Below are positions 36,972 to 49,877 of a stretch of DNA of 64,000 nt, piece after piece. The notes beneath the pieces are model-generated. The model saw nothing but the letters and a program-made list of their open reading frames with translations, did no database searches and was not told the origin of the DNA. The translations under genes and the position numbers were made by a program. Numbering within the stretch: the stretch's first letter is position 1; each line of letters starts with the position of its first letter. Source of the DNA: Scenedesmus sp. PABB004 (lineage: Eukaryota); the NCBI GenBank assembly GCA_014905635.1, contig CM026547.1:1550001-1614000 (forward strand), read 5' to 3'.

Positions 36972-37425
36972 CAGGAGCAGCAGCCGCCGGCGCGCGATGC
37001 TGTGGCTGACGCCGGCGGCGCCGCGGCGGGCGGCGCAGAGCCGCAGCGTGCGCAGGGCAACGGCGTTGCGGCGGAGCAGCCGTCGCAGGGGCAGCCGGAG
37101 CAGCCGCTGGACGGCGGCGAGGGCAGGGAGCGCAGCCGGCGCGACGAGCGGGAGCGCGAGGGCGAGCGCAGGAAGGAGCGCAGCCGGCGCAGCCGGAGCC
37201 GGAGCCGCAGCCGCAGCTGCAGCCGCGAGCGCCGCAGGCACCGCAGCCGCAGCCGCGACAGGTGAGGCGGCTTGCGCGCGCGCGCGGGCAGGGGGCGGGG
37301 GAGGTCGCACGCGCTGCACGCCGCGCCCACCGCTGCCGCTCGCCGGCCGCAGGGGCGAGGACGGCCACCGGAGCAGCGGCAGCCGGCAGAAGCGGAGGCG
37401 CTCGTCGCGGTCGCGCTCGCGGTGA
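33638..37425 (+). CDS. CTNNBL1: Beta-catenin-like protein 1 (Prp19/NTC splicing component), 12 exons, with RS-rich tail
   Basis: ENLELRMKYADEPMKFLDNEVDL; LLSHDNTDIA; LQELTD; SNKQYASEILAIL; EEAETMENLFDALCS; EGVELM; ALKALDFA; AKFVEAEFEKVDRLME; MDAGLFTLQ. Confidence 0.95.
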
Positions 37426-37481
37426 CGCGGCGGCGGGTGCACGCGGCGGCGGGCGCGCGCGGCGCTGCAGCAGGGTTAACG

Positions 37482-37486
37482 TTACA
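37482..37486 (-). terminator. TGTAA polyadenylation signal for the CBS-domain gene
   Basis: TTACA on the + strand about 240 bp downstream of the stop at 37724. Confidence 0.55.
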
Positions 37487-37723
37487 GCAAGCCGCGGCAG
37501 ATCGTTGCCGGGCTGCGCGGCCGCGTTCGGTCAGTCGTGCAGGCGGGCAGTCGCACGCACCAGCAAGGGTTGGGCCCCCAGTGCGCAGGCAAAATTGGGT
37601 GTCAAGTGCGGCCGTCAGGGGTCAGCAAAAAGGGGTCAAAATGGGCGCGCCGGCGCCGCGCCACGTTAGTGGGTCAGGAACGCACGCAGTCCGTCGAGCA
37701 CCCCCGCTGCGCCGCCGGCGCGG

Positions 37724-39180
37724 TCACACGGCGGTGTTGATCAGCGCCGCCTGGCTGCTGACCGGCAGCAGCCCGCGCCGCGACTCGATGAGCTCGTGCC
37801 CCCGCACCACGCCCATCGACGCGTCGGGCTGGTCGTGCGGCACCTGCTCCACCTCCTGCTCCAGGTCCACCTCCACCTGCGGCGCGCGCGGCGGGGGCGG
37901 CGGCGGCGGGGCGGAGCGCCGGTCAACGGCCGGCCGGGCGCAGGCCGCACACGCCACGTGCACGCGGCGGCGGGGCTGGGCATGGCGCTCGTCGCGCGCC
38001 GCGCGCCGCGCGCCGCGCACCGGCCCGCGCGCGTCCAGCAGCGCGGTCGCGCCGATGACGAGGCGCAGCAGGTCGGTGTTGGTCACGATGCCCACGGGGC
38101 GCGCGCGCGCGTCGAGCACGTGCAGCCGGTGCAGGCGGTGGCGCGCCAGCAGCGCGAGCGCCTCCCGCAGCGTGCTGCCGGGCCCGACGGTGACCAGCGG
38201 GGGCGGCTTCAGGCCCTCGGCGCCCTGCGCGCGCACGCGGCGGCGACGACTGCGTGACCCCGCGCCGCCGCCCGAGGGCGGCACGGCCGTGCAGGCGGGG
38301 AAGCCTCGCGCTGCGCGCACGCATGCCGCGCGGCGGGCGGGCCGGGCGGCCGCACCTTGAGCCCCCACGCCTGCGCGCTGCCCGGCAGGGGCGGCGCCTG
38401 CAGCGGCTGTGCGGGCGCCATGGGCGAGCGCGGCGACGGCGGCGACGGCGACGGCGACGGCGACAGCGACGGCGGGTGCAGGCGCAGCTGCCCCGGCGGC
38501 AGCGGCTTGTGCAGCGCCGCCGCCATCGCGGCGCCGTGCTGCGCGGACCAGCCGGGCGAGCCCTTGGCGCTCAGGAACTGAAGCACTGGCGCGGCGAGCG
38601 CCGCAAACTGCTCGGGCAGCAGCCCCGTGAGGTCGGAGCTGCTCAGGCTGGCCACGAGCCCGCCGCCGTGGGCGTGGCTGATCACGCCCACGCACGACAC
38701 CTGGTTGGCCTGGCCGGGCGGCGCGCGCGGGCGGCGGCGCGCGCGCGCGCGCGAGCTGGGCACGCAGCGGCGGCAGCGGCGGCGGCGGCCGCGCAGCACT
38801 GGCCGTGCAGCGCTGGCCGTGCGGTGCGGCGCCCTCACCACCATGCTGGCCAGGGCGTTGATGGTGGGCATCTCCCCCGGCACGCACACGACGGGCTTGT
38901 CTGCCAGCCCCAGCGCCGCCAGCGTCGCGTCGGCGAGCGGGCCGAGCTGGTCGGCGCGGCGGGCCAGGAAGGCCACGACGTCGCTCTGGCTCACGACGTG
39001 CGTGATGCTGCGGCGCGCGGCGGCGGGCGGCGGGCGGCTCGCTCCGGGGCGCCCGCGCGCGCGTCGTGCTGGGGCCGGGACCGCCGCCACCGCGCGCGCG
39101 CGCGCCGCGGCGGCCGCACCGGATGCCGCGCAGCCCCGGCGCCGCGTCGCCGTCGGCCATGTTGACGTCGCTGGCTTCGC

Positions 39181-39227
<47 letters not shown>

Positions 39228-39870
39228 GATTCGAACACGCCCACGCGGTGGACCACCTGCGTCGCGCCGCGCCACGTGTGGGCCCGCCCTCCGCAGGCAC
39301 CGCGGCGGCTCGCGGATGCCGCGCGCAGCAGCCGCGCCTGCAGGCGGCCGGCGGGGTCGGGTTGCAGGAAGCCGTAGACCACGACGTCGTGCAGGCTCGA
39401 CGCCAGGTCCGCCTTGTACAGCAGCACGCCGTCCTGGCGCGGGTTGAGGCTGCGCAGCGGCGTGGACGCCAGCTCCAGGCCTGCGCGGCGGCGCGGGGGC
39501 CAGCCAGGGGCCGCTTGGTCACTACTTGGGGCGCGCACAGGGGCCAGCCTCGTCAGCCGCGCGCCGCCGCGCGCCGCCGCCCACCCGCGGCGTGCAGCCG
39601 GTGCTCGCGCTGCTCGGGCGTGAGGTGGGGCGGGAGCGCGGCCAGGAGGGCGAGCGCGATGTCGGCGGCGCTGATGAAGCCGGTGCAGGCGCGGTCATTG
39701 AACAGCGGCGCCGAGCTGATGCCGTGCGTCGCGAGCGCGCGCAGGGCCTCGCCGATGGTGTTGGACGTCGACAGGACCGTCACGGCGCTCGGCGGCTTGC
39801 CCGCCAGCAGCGCGCCGAGGCTGGTGCGGCGCAGCAGCGAGCGCGCGGGCCCGAAGAGGGACTCCGACAT
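37724..39870 (-). CDS. Four-CBS-domain protein (AMPK-gamma/SDS23-like), 7 exons
   Basis: TIGEALRALATHGISSAPL; VVHRVGVF; ITHVVSQSDVVAFL; VSCVGVI...LVASLSSSDL; TLREALALLARHRLHRLHVLD..PVGIVTNTDLL. Confidence 0.85.
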
Positions 39871-40189
39871 GACGGCACTGATCAACGCGCTCACATGCCG
39901 GGCGCGCGGCAGCTGCGGGCGCCGGCGCGCGCGAGGCGGGACGGGTGCGCGTGCGCACTGGCCGAGTCGACGCGGCGTCGCGTGCGTGGGCTGCGGTGGG
40001 TCGTTGGGATCCACGGTGGTGGCTCGGCGCGGCGCCAGCGGGATGCGTTGCGCGGCGCGTCGCGCGCCGCCGCTGGGGGCCGCTCGACTGCCGCCACCGC
40101 GCGCTTCTGCGCGACGGCCGACGCCGCTCTGCACGCTCCTGGCGGCGACCCACCACCACCACGCCCGCCGCCGACAACTGCCGCCCCCC

Positions 40190-41366
40190 TCACACCGCAG
40201 CGGTCGCGAGCACCGCCGCGGCGTCGGCCGCGGTGACCATCGCACCCGCGTTGCCCGCCTGGCGCTGCGCGAGCGCGGCCTGCTGCTGCGCGATCAGCTG
40301 CCGCAGCGCGAGCGCGTGCACGGGGCTCGCCGCCGCGGCGTCCACGAGGCCGCCGACCACGCTGAGCAGCGCGACATTGATGTACGGCGCCGGCGCGGCG
40401 GGGCCCATCGCGGCGGCGGGGCCGTAGTCGTGCGGGCGCTGGATGCGCAGCACCGCGCCCTGCGCGACGCGCGGGCGCGTGAGCCGCGCGAGCCGCGCGG
40501 CGCGCGGCGCGCGCGCGGCGCTGGCGCGCCGCGCGCACCTGGCAGGCCACGCCGTCAAAGGCCATCGCGTTGCTCGCCTCCTCGAGGGACCTGAACTCGA
40601 CAAACCCAAACCGCCGATCGGGGCTGAGGTAGCAGGAGCACACGGGCGCGCCTGGAGCGCTCGCGCCGCCGACGGCGAGCATGACCTGGTTGAACCAGGC
40701 GATCAGCGCCACCTCGCTGAGCTCCAGGGGCAGCCCGCTCACGTGCAGCCGCCGCGCGGGCCGCGTCGCGACGGCGGCCATCGCCGCGGGCGCGGCCGCC
40801 GCGAGCGCGGCGAGGCGCGCCTGCTCCGCCACGCGCGCCAGCTCCGCGGTGACCTCCGCCCTGCTGCGCGCCGGCGGCGAGCCGCGCCGGGCGCCCCGGC
40901 TGCGGCTGCGGCTGCGCGACCTGCTGCTGCTGCGGCGGTGACGGCTGCGGCGCTGGCTGCGGCTGCGGCGCCGGCTGCCGCTGCGGCGCCGGCTGCCGCT
41001 GCGACTGCGGCGCCGGCTGCGGCTGCGGCTGCGGCTGTGGCGCCGGCTGCGTCGCCGGCTGCCGCTGCGGCTGCGAGCGCGCTTGAGCTGCTGCCGGCGG
41101 CGCCCGGGCGAGCGCGAGCTGCTGCGGCTGCGCCCGCGGCGGCTGTCCCGCGCGCGCTTTTTGTGGCGTTTGGCGTGGCGCGCAGTGTCGCCGCCCGAGG
41201 GCTCCGGGCTGCGCACGGAGGGGCCCGCGCCGTCGCTGGGCGCTGCCTCAGGCTGCTGCTCCAGCGCGCCAGCTGCCCCGGGAGCTGGCGGCGGCGGTGG
41301 CGGCGGTGTGGCCGCCACCGCCTGCGCCGGCTCGCCCGCACCCACGCCAGGCTCCGCTGCCGCAGC

Positions 41367-41411
<45 letters not shown>

Positions 41412-42310
41412 GGCCTCGCCGTTGGGAGGCCCCGGGCTGCCGGGCCCGCCGGTGGGCCGCGCTGGGCTGGGGCTGCGACCGTCGCGGCGCTCCCCACGGC
41501 GGCGAGGCGGGCTGGCCCTGGCGCCGGAGGCGCGCGGCGGCGACTGACCGTGGCGGCCGCCGCGCCGGCCGCGCGACTTCGACCTGCTGCGGCTGCGCCT
41601 GCGCCTGCCGCGGCTGCGGCTCCTGCTGCGCCGGCCGCGGCTCCTGCTGCGCCGGCCGCGGCTCCTGCTGCGCCGGTCCCGGCTCCGGCTGCGGCTCCTG
41701 CGCCTGCCCTTGGGCGCGCCCGCCCGTGCTTTGGCAGGCGGCGGTGCGGCGGGCGTCGCCGCGAGCTTGGGGCCCTTCAGCAGCGCCAGCTTGGGCTTGG
41801 CCAGGATGGGCTTGGCCGGCAGCGCTGCTGCGTCCCCGCCCGGGGCGCCGTCGCCCGCCTTGGCCGCCTGCTCCGCCTCCTTGGCCTGCAGCTGCGCCTG
41901 CAGCTGCGCCTGCACCTCGCTCAGCTGCTCGCTGCTCGGCGCCGCCGGGGCGCCTGCATCGACGCGTGGCGGTGGTGGCGGCAGCGAGAGGGGCGTGTGA
42001 GGCGTTCGCCGGCCGGGCGCCGCCGGCGCGCGCCGTGCGCTGCTGCTCGCGCCGCGCCCACCTGGTGGGCCGTTGACGTACGCCGTGTGGCCCGGCCAGT
42101 ACACGCCTGCTGGGTAGGCCGCAAGTGGGTGCCCCGGCCGGGCTGGGCGCCCGGCGGCTCCGCCGGCGCGCCATCACCGTGGCCGAGCGCAGCGGCGGCT
42201 GCGGGCGCCACCGCAGGCTCAGCCGGCGCTCCTGCAGGCTCGGGCGCCGGTTGTGCGTCCGCCGGTTGGGCGTCCGCCGCCTGGCGCGCGTCCGCGGCAG
42301 CCGTCTCCAT
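40190..42310 (-). CDS. U2AF65-like protein with long RS/Pro region and only RRM1
   Basis: RS repeats, then ATRPARRLHVSGLP...FNQVM...FGFVEFRSLEEASNAMAFDG..|GAVLRIQRPHDY, matching U2AF large-subunit RRM1; the stop follows the linker; 5' model needs a 35-nt intron or an indel near 42150-42180. Confidence 0.75.
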
Positions 42311-42559
42311 GGCGGCGGCCAGCAGCGCGCTGCGGCGGCAGGGCCGGCGGCAGCGCTTGCTGCTCTCCCTCCGCGCTCTGTGGCTGGCCGCGGCTGCCCG
42401 GTCATGCAGAATGCGCACGGCCGCGGTTCAGCAGAGTGAAGCGCGCTGCGCCGCTGCTGCTGCGCCGCGCGCTCGAGCGGCGCGCCACACCTCCCCGCGC
42501 GCGCCGCACGCGCGCCGCAGCATGCCCGCCCAGGATGCCGCCGCGCCGCCGGCCGCGCC

Positions 42560-43505
42560 ATGAGCCGCTCCGCGCCGCCGGCCGCGGAGCCGATCGCGCT
42601 GCGCCCGCTGTCGCGCGAGCACCTGCCCGCGCTCAAGACGCTCAACGCCGTGGTCTTCCCCCTCAAGCTGCACGTGCGCGCCGCCCCCGCCGCCGCCACG
42701 GACGCCGTGCGCGCGCGCACGCAGCGCCGCTGCAGCCCTCCCCCTGCACCCGCTGCCTCCGCCGCCCGCTGCCTCCGCGCGGCCACGCTGCCCGCTGCTT
42801 GCAGGACCAGGTCTACCGTGACGCGCTCGCGTGCGGGCCGGTGTCGCAGCTGGGTGAGCGCTCGGCGGTGCTGCGCGGTCGCAGCGCAGCGCGCGCCGCA
42901 GCCGCCGGCACACGCACGCGCGCCGCCGCCGCCGCCGGGCGCAGCCTTTGAGGGCGACACGCTGGTCGGCGCCATCGCGTGCCGCCTGGAGGCGCTGGTG
43001 CGCGGCGCGGCGCTCGCGCGGACGGCGACCGGGGGCGCGCTCTGCACCAGCCCACCCGCGCGCCCTGCCACCCACACGCTGCACCCCCCCCCCCCCCCGG
43101 GCACTGCAGCCGCAGGGCGGCGCGCGGCTGTACATTGCGTCGCTCGCCGTGCTGGCGCCGTACCGCGGCTGCGGCCTCGGCTCGCGCCTGCTCGCGGCGA
43201 GCCTGGCCGAGTGCGCGGACGACGGTGCGATCCGCGAGGCCGTGCTGCACGTGCACGCCGCCAACGAGGAGGCGCGGGAGTTTTACGAGCGCCGCGGCTT
43301 TGCGGTGCGCCGCGCGCTGCCGCGGCCGGCGGGCCGGCCGGCCGCCCCGGGGCGGGCCCGCCGCGCCGTCGCCGCCTGCGCTGCGCGGCTGACGCCGTGC
43401 TGGCGGTGGCGCCGCCAGGTGCGTGAGGTCATCCGGGGCTACTACAAGCGACTGGAGCCGCCGGACGCGGTGCTGCTGGCAAGGCAGCTGCACCCGGCGG
43501 AATGA
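42560..43505 (+). CDS. NAA50: GNAT N-acetyltransferase, NAA50-like, 5 exons
   Basis: LKTLNAVVFP; LVGAIACRLE; LYIASLAVLAPYRGCGLGSRLL; LHVHAANEEAREFYERRGF; IRGYYKRLEPPDA. Confidence 0.85.
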
Positions 43506-43823
43506 GTGCTGCTGCTGCGCCTGCCGCCTCGGGCGCGGTCGCGAGCGGGGGGCGGCGCGGCGGCGCGGCGGCGCGGCGGCCAGCGCGGGGCAACTCGATT
43601 ACCTGCAAGTCGCAGGGCGGCCAAAATCGGCGCCGCGCGACGCCGCCCACCGCGAGCCGCGCCCCAGACACCAGCAGCCGCGCGCGGCAAGAATGAAACC
43701 GCGGCCGGCGGCAATGGCCGCCGACGCGCGCCCAGCCAGCGTTTGCCAGCGCGCGCCGCCCAATCCCCGCCCCCCGCCCAGCCCTGCTGCCGCTGCTGCC
43801 GCCGCGCGTCGCCCGTGCTCGCG

Positions 43824-45126
43824 TCAGAGCCGCCCCGCGGGCGGGAGCGCCTCGTCGGCGTGCGTGACGACGGTGCCGACGTCGTCGCCCATCGCGGCGC
43901 GCACGATGTTGCCGGGCTGCATCGCGTTGAACACGATGACCGGGATGTTATTCTCCTTGCACAGCGTGACCGCGGTCTCGTCCATCACGCCCAGCTCCTG
44001 GCTCGTCACCTGCCGGTAGCTGTGGCAGCGCGGCGGCGCGGCGCGGCGCGCGGCGCACGCGCGTCGGCGTGCGCGGGTGCCGCCACCCGGGCGCGCGCGC
44101 GGCCGGCGCTGGCGGCGCGGGCTCGCCCTGCTCCCGCGCGCGCACCTGAGGCGCTCGTAGCGCTGCGCCTTGTCGGGGTGCTTCGCGGGGTCGCAGCTGA
44201 AGATGCCGTCGACCTTGGTCGCCTTGAGCAGCACCTCGGCCTGCACCTCGGCCGCGCGCAGCGCCGCGGCCGTGTCGGTCGTGAAGTACGGGTTTCCCGT
44301 TCCGCCGCCAAAGATGACGACGTGCCCGTTCTCGAGGTGCCGGATCGCGCGGCGCCGGATGTAGGGCTCCGCGACCTCCCGCATCTCGATCGCCGTCTGC
44401 ACGCGGCTCGTGACGCCCAGGTTCTCCAGCGCCGCCTGGCCGGGGCGGGACACGGGGCGGAGAGGTGAGGCGCGGCGGGGCGCGCACGCGCAGCTGCACG
44501 CGCAGCCGCAGCTGCAGTGTCACCTGCAGGCAGAGCGCGTTCATGACCGTGGCGAGCATGCCGACGTTGTCGGCGGTCGCTCGCTCCATACCCTCCCACG
44601 CGCTCGCGCCCCGAAAGTAGTTGCCGCCGCCGACGACGACCGCGATCTGGATGCCGTGCGCGCGCGCGGCCTGGATCTCCGCCGCGATGGCCTCCAGGAC
44701 GGAGGGGTCCATGCCGAAGCCGCGCGCGCCCGCGATGGCCTCGCCCGAAACTTTCAGCATGATGCGCCTGTACTTGGCCACGCGCGACGCCGCGGCGGCC
44801 GCCGCGCCCGGCGCGAGGCCCGCGTGGCCGCCGCCGCCGCCGCCCCAGGTGGCCGCCGCCGCCGCCGCCGCCGCCGCTGCGTGGCCGCCGTCGCCCCAGG
44901 CACCCGCCCCCAGCTGGCCCGGTGCCACTGGCGGTGCGGGCTGCTGCGCCGCCTGCTGCTGCGCGGGCGGCTGCTCGCCCGCGCCGCTGCTGCCGGCGGC
45001 CGCGGCCACGGCGCGGCGTCGGCGGGCGCTGCCTGCCGGCTGGCGCAGGTGTGACACGCAGGCGAAGCTCTCGCGGCCCGTGGCCGCCGGAGCGGGGCAG
45101 CGCACGGCCCGGGAGCAGAGCGCCAT
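43824..45126 (-). CDS. pyrH: Plastid uridylate kinase (PyrH-type), 3 exons
   Basis: Transit peptide; [67 protein letters not shown]. Confidence 0.96.
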
Positions 45127-45562
45127 TCGCCTGGCTGGCGTGTGGCCGTCGGGCGGCGGCGCACCCCGGCAGCTGCCGACGAGGTGGCTTGGGGTAATGC
45201 GCTCACGCCCCCGCTCGACGGCAGCGCTTGCGGCTTGGCCTGGAGCCGGAGCCGGGGCCGGCGCGACTGCTTACGGCTCGAGAGGCGCGCGTGTGCGCGG
45301 GAGGTGATCGCGAGGTGCGAAATACGCTGGCCGCTGGACGCGGGCGACGGCGGACGGCTGACCGGAGCGGCGGCGGCGGCTGCGCTTCCGGCCGCAGTGC
45401 CCTGGCCGCCGGCCGCGCAGACGCTGCGGGCGGCGCCGCCTGGCCGCACTGCCACTGTGCGTCTCCATGGCGGTCCCACACCAGGCGTCCGACGTTTCAC
45501 GCGTCAGCGCAGACGCCGTGCAATCCCCTCACTCTCTCGCGCGCGGCGCGGGCACGGGCGCC

Positions 45563-47435
45563 TCAGTCGAGGTCGTACAAGGCCTGCGCGACGGGCGCCC
45601 GCGCCGCGCCGCCGTCGAGCCGCTCCTGCCGCTCCCCCTCCTGCCGCTCCTGCTGCCGCGGCGGCGCGACGGGCGGCACGCCAGTGGCGCCGGCGCTGCG
45701 CCCCGCCCGCTGCTGCTGGGCTCCGGCCACGGCCGCGCCGCCGCCGCCGCCGCCGCCGGCGCCGGCGCCCGCGACCGCGGCGGCCTCGTCCAGCTCGAGC
45801 GCGAGCGCGGCCGCAAGGCGCTCAAACGCCGCAGGCGGCTGCTCGTTGGCCCACACGAGGTGAAAGTGCAGCTTGCGACCCGCGAGCTTGAGCCGCTGCG
45901 CGAGCGCCCGCTGCGCCGCCGCGGGCGCGCCGGCGCCGGCGCCGCGCTGCTGCTTGAGCCCGGCCCGCGCGTCCTCGACCACCCGCCACGCGTCGGTGAG
46001 CGCGAGCAGCACGCAGGGCCGCCCCAGCCGCAGCAGCTGCAGCGCGTCCGACGTCGCCAGCTGCAGCAGGGCGCGCAGCTCGGGCGGCACCGCGCCGGCG
46101 CCGCCGGCGCCGCCCGGCGCGCCCTGGCCGCCGCCGGGCAGGCAGCCCAGGCGCGCGGCGGCGGCCATCAGCTGCATGCGCGCGCCCCGCGCCGAGTCGG
46201 GCGCGGGCTCGGCCGCCGCCGCCGCCGCCGCAGCCGCCGGCGCCCCCGCGCTCGCGGCCGGCGCCGCGAGCGGCGGCGCGAGCGCGACCAGCTGCTCCGC
46301 CGCCTCCCAGCCCGCCGGGCCGGCGTCGCCGCCGCCGCGGCGCCCGCTGTCGGGCTCGCCGTTGTACCACCGCAGCACCGCGCTGTAGGCCACCAGCAGC
46401 TGCAGCAGCGCCCACGGCAGCAGCGGCGACGCCCTGAAGCCCCGCCCCGCGAGCTCCGCGAGGCTGGGCAGCGGCGCCGCCGGCGGCGCCGGCAGCCCGC
46501 ACCCGGGCTGCTCCGCCGGCGCCGCCGCGCCGCCGAGCGCCGTCACGCCGCGCTGCCCCGCCGCGTTGAGCTGCAGCTCGCGCACTTCGTCGCGCTGCCA
46601 CCACGGCTGCCAGGGCGCGACGAGGTGGCTCAGCTGCCCCGCGAGCGCGAGGCGCTCCAGCTCCCGCGCCAGCGCCGGCTCCAGCTCGCCCAGCGCCGCG
46701 TCCACGTCGCCGCCGAGCGCGGCGGCCTGCGGCGGCGGCGGCGGCGGGCGCGCATGAGGCGGCGGGCGCGCGCGGCGCCGGGCCGGGCGCCGCCGGGCGC
46801 GGGGCTGTGCGGCGCGGCGCGCCGCCGGCGCACCCGCTCCACGAGAGCCCGCAGCGCCGGCGACGCGTCCAGCGCCGCGTCGCCGGCGCCGCCGCTGTCA
46901 TCGCTGCCGCTGCCGCCGGCGTCGCCGCTGCCGTCGTCGCTGCCGCCGCCGCCGTCCTCGCCCTCGCCGCGGTCGGCGGCGTGCAGGCGCCGCAGGATCG
47001 CGGCCATCTCCGCCGCCTGCTGCGGCCCCGCGCGCGTGGCCTTCATCTCCGCGGTCGCCTGCTCCCTGCGCGCGCGCGGCGCGGGCGGCGCGGGTGGGCG
47101 GCGCGGCGGCGCCGCCCGCCTGCGGACGCCGCGCCGCGCGCGGGCGACGCCGTGCCGCGCGCGGGCGCGCCTGTAGAACGCCTCCGTGCAGGCGCTCCCG
47201 TGCGCGCGGTAGCAGGCGGAGGTGCAGTAGGCGCGGTGGCAGCGCGGGCAGGCGTACTGCGCGGCCGCCTGGCAGCAGCTGCGCGGCGGGCGGCAGGCAG
47301 CGCGGCGGCGGCTCGGCGTGCGCGTGGGCGCGCGGCGCGGCGCACGGCGGCCGGCGCCGCTTTCCCTCCCTCTCACTCACACGCTGCAGACGCGCCGGGG
47401 GCGGCCGCCGCCGGCGCGGGCGCCGCCGCGGCCAT
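45563..47435 (-). CDS. ZNHIT2: HIT-type zinc finger protein, ZNHIT2-like; apparent 1-nt deletion in a C-run near 47399
   Basis: VCSV|CCQAAAQYACPRCHRAYCTSACYRAHGSACTEAFYR; LVAPWQPWW; YSAVLRWYNG; KLAGRKLHFHLVWAN; the start is uncertain. Confidence 0.8.
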
Positions 47436-47671
47436 CGCTGCTGCGCGCGCGCGGGCGCCGCCGCTGCTGCCGCGCCGCCGCCGCCGCCGCCGCGGTTCCG
47501 GGGCCTCGGCCCGGTTGCCGTTGCTGCGGTCTCCCGACGTTGTTGCGCGTCCCGGCGTGACCGCGTGACGCGCCGGACCGAATTCTCGTTCCGGCTCCAT
47601 GCCCAGGCCGCGGAGCGCGGGGAGACAGGCGGCCCGCGCAAGTTCTCCCCGCGCGCGCTCCGCGGCCTGGC

Positions 47672-49265
47672 ATGGCGCTCGCGACCCGGCGCGCGACGAT
47701 CGCCACTCCCTCGCGCGCGTTCGCCGTCCCCAGGACCATGGTGCGACGCGGAGCGGCCGCTTCCCGTCGTCGCGCCGGGCGGGGGGCGGCGCGGGCCCGC
47801 GGGCGCCTGTACTCGGCTCGATCTGCTGCTCCGCACGCATGCGCCCGCCCCGCCCGCCCAGGGCGCCTCCGCCTCCACCGCCAAGCGCGGCGGGCCCGCC
47901 AAGGCCGCGGCCGTGGAGCCGGCCACGCTGAACATCGCTGAGAACGTCACCCAGCTCATCGGTGCGCGCGCGGCGGCGGGCGACTGCTGCCGCCGCCGCC
48001 CGGCGCCGCGCCGCCGACCCGGCGCGCCGCGGCCGGCCGGCCGCAGGCAACACGCCCATGGTGTACCTCAACCGCGTGACCGAGGGCTGCGGCGGCAAGG
48101 TGGCCGCGAAGCTGGAGATCATGGAGCCCTGCTGCTCCGTCAAGGACAGGCGCGCGGCGGCGGCGGCAGCAGCGGCGCCGCGCCCGCGCGGCGCCCGCCG
48201 CGGCGCGGCGTGCGTGCAGCAGCCGACGCGGCGGCCCCGCTCGCGCCCCCGCGCGCGCAGGATTGGCTACAGCATGATCGACTCTGCCGAGAAGGAGGGC
48301 AAGATCACGCCGGGCAAGGTGCGGCGCAACGCGCGGGGCTGCCGCCGCCGCGCAGCAGCGGCGGCGGCGGCGGCGGCGGTGGCGGCGGCGAGCGGGCGCG
48401 AGAGCCGCCGCGCCGCCCGCCCGCCGCCGCGCCGCCAGACGACGCTGGTGGAGCCGACGAGCGGCAACACGGGCATCGGCCTCGCCTTCATCGCCGCGGC
48501 GCGGGGGTACAAGCTCGTGCTGACCATGCCCGCGTCGATGAGCCTCGAGCGCCGCATCCTGCTGCGCGCGTTTGGCGCGGAGCTGGTGCTCACCGACCCC
48601 GCCAAGGGCATGAAGGTGCGGCGGCGGCGGCGGCCGCGCACCGGCGGCGGCGCACCGGCGCGTGCGCCCGCGCGTGCGCCCGCGCGTGCGCCCGCGCGCT
48701 CACGCGCCCGCGCGCGCTCGCAGGGCGCCGTGGCCAAGGCGCAGGAGATCGCGGCCAACACGCCCGACTCGTTCATCCTGCAGCAGTTTGAGAACCCCAA
48801 CAACCCGCGCGTCCACTACGAGACCACCGGCCCGGGTGCGCGCCGCGGCGGGGCGGCCCCCGCGCGCCTCGCGCCGCCCCCGGGGCTGCTGGGGCTCCCC
48901 CCGCCGCGCCGGCCGCCGACCGCGCCGCCGCCGCCGCCGCCGCGGCGCAGAGATCTGGCGCGCGACGCAGGGCAAGGTCGACGTGCTCATCAGCGGCGTG
49001 GGCACGGGCGGCACCATCACCGGCACGGGCCGCTTCCTCAAGGAGAAGAACCCCAACGTCAAGGTGACCCCCGCACAGCAGCGCGATGCGCCCAGCGCTG
49101 ACAGCGCTGCCGGCGCTGCCGGCGCTGCCGGCGCTGCCCGCGCCGGCCCGCGCGGCCGGCCGCGCAGCAGGCGGCTGAGCCCCGCCCCCGTCGCGCCGCC
49201 GGGCCGCGCAGCTCGTCGCGGTGGAGCCGTCCGAGTCGCCCGTGCTGTCGGGCGGCAAGCCGGGG

Positions 49266-49297
<32 letters not shown>

Positions 49298-49877
49298 TGT
49301 GCCGGGCGTGCTGGACACCAAGATCATCGACGAGATCATCCAGGTGGGTGGCACACCACGGCCGCACACGCCACGTGCACACACACACACACACACCACA
49401 CCACGTGCCCGCGCGCCCCGTGGCGCTGCGCCCCCGCGCGCGGCTCCCAGCGCTGAACCCCCGCCGGCGCGCCGCGCCGCGCCGCCACCGCCGCCTGGCT
49501 CGTCCAGGTGTCGAGCGACGCCGCCGTCGACATGGCGCGCCGCCTCGCGACCGAGGAGGGGCTGCTCACCGGCATCAGCTCCGGCGCCGCGGTCGTGGCC
49601 GCCATCGAGGCATGCGCGCGGCGCGGCGCGAGTCGCGCGCGCGCTGCGCTGCGCGCGCCGGACGGGCGCCGCGCGCCGGGCGGCGCGCGCCGCGCCGCGC
49701 CGCGCCGCTCAGGGCGGTGCTGCTGCTCCGCGCGGCGGCGCGCAGGTCGCGAAGCGCCCCGAGTTCAAGGACAAGACCATCGCGGTCGTGCTGCCCTCGT
49801 TTGGTGAGCGCTACCTCTCCAGCGTGCTCTTCCAGTCCATCCGCGACGAGGCGGAGCGCATGACCTTTGAGGCGTGA
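47672..49877 (+). CDS. OASTL: Cysteine synthase / O-acetylserine(thiol)lyase, organellar, 10 exons
   Basis: Transit peptide; [26 protein letters not shown] (PLP lysine); [52 protein letters not shown]. Confidence 0.97.
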
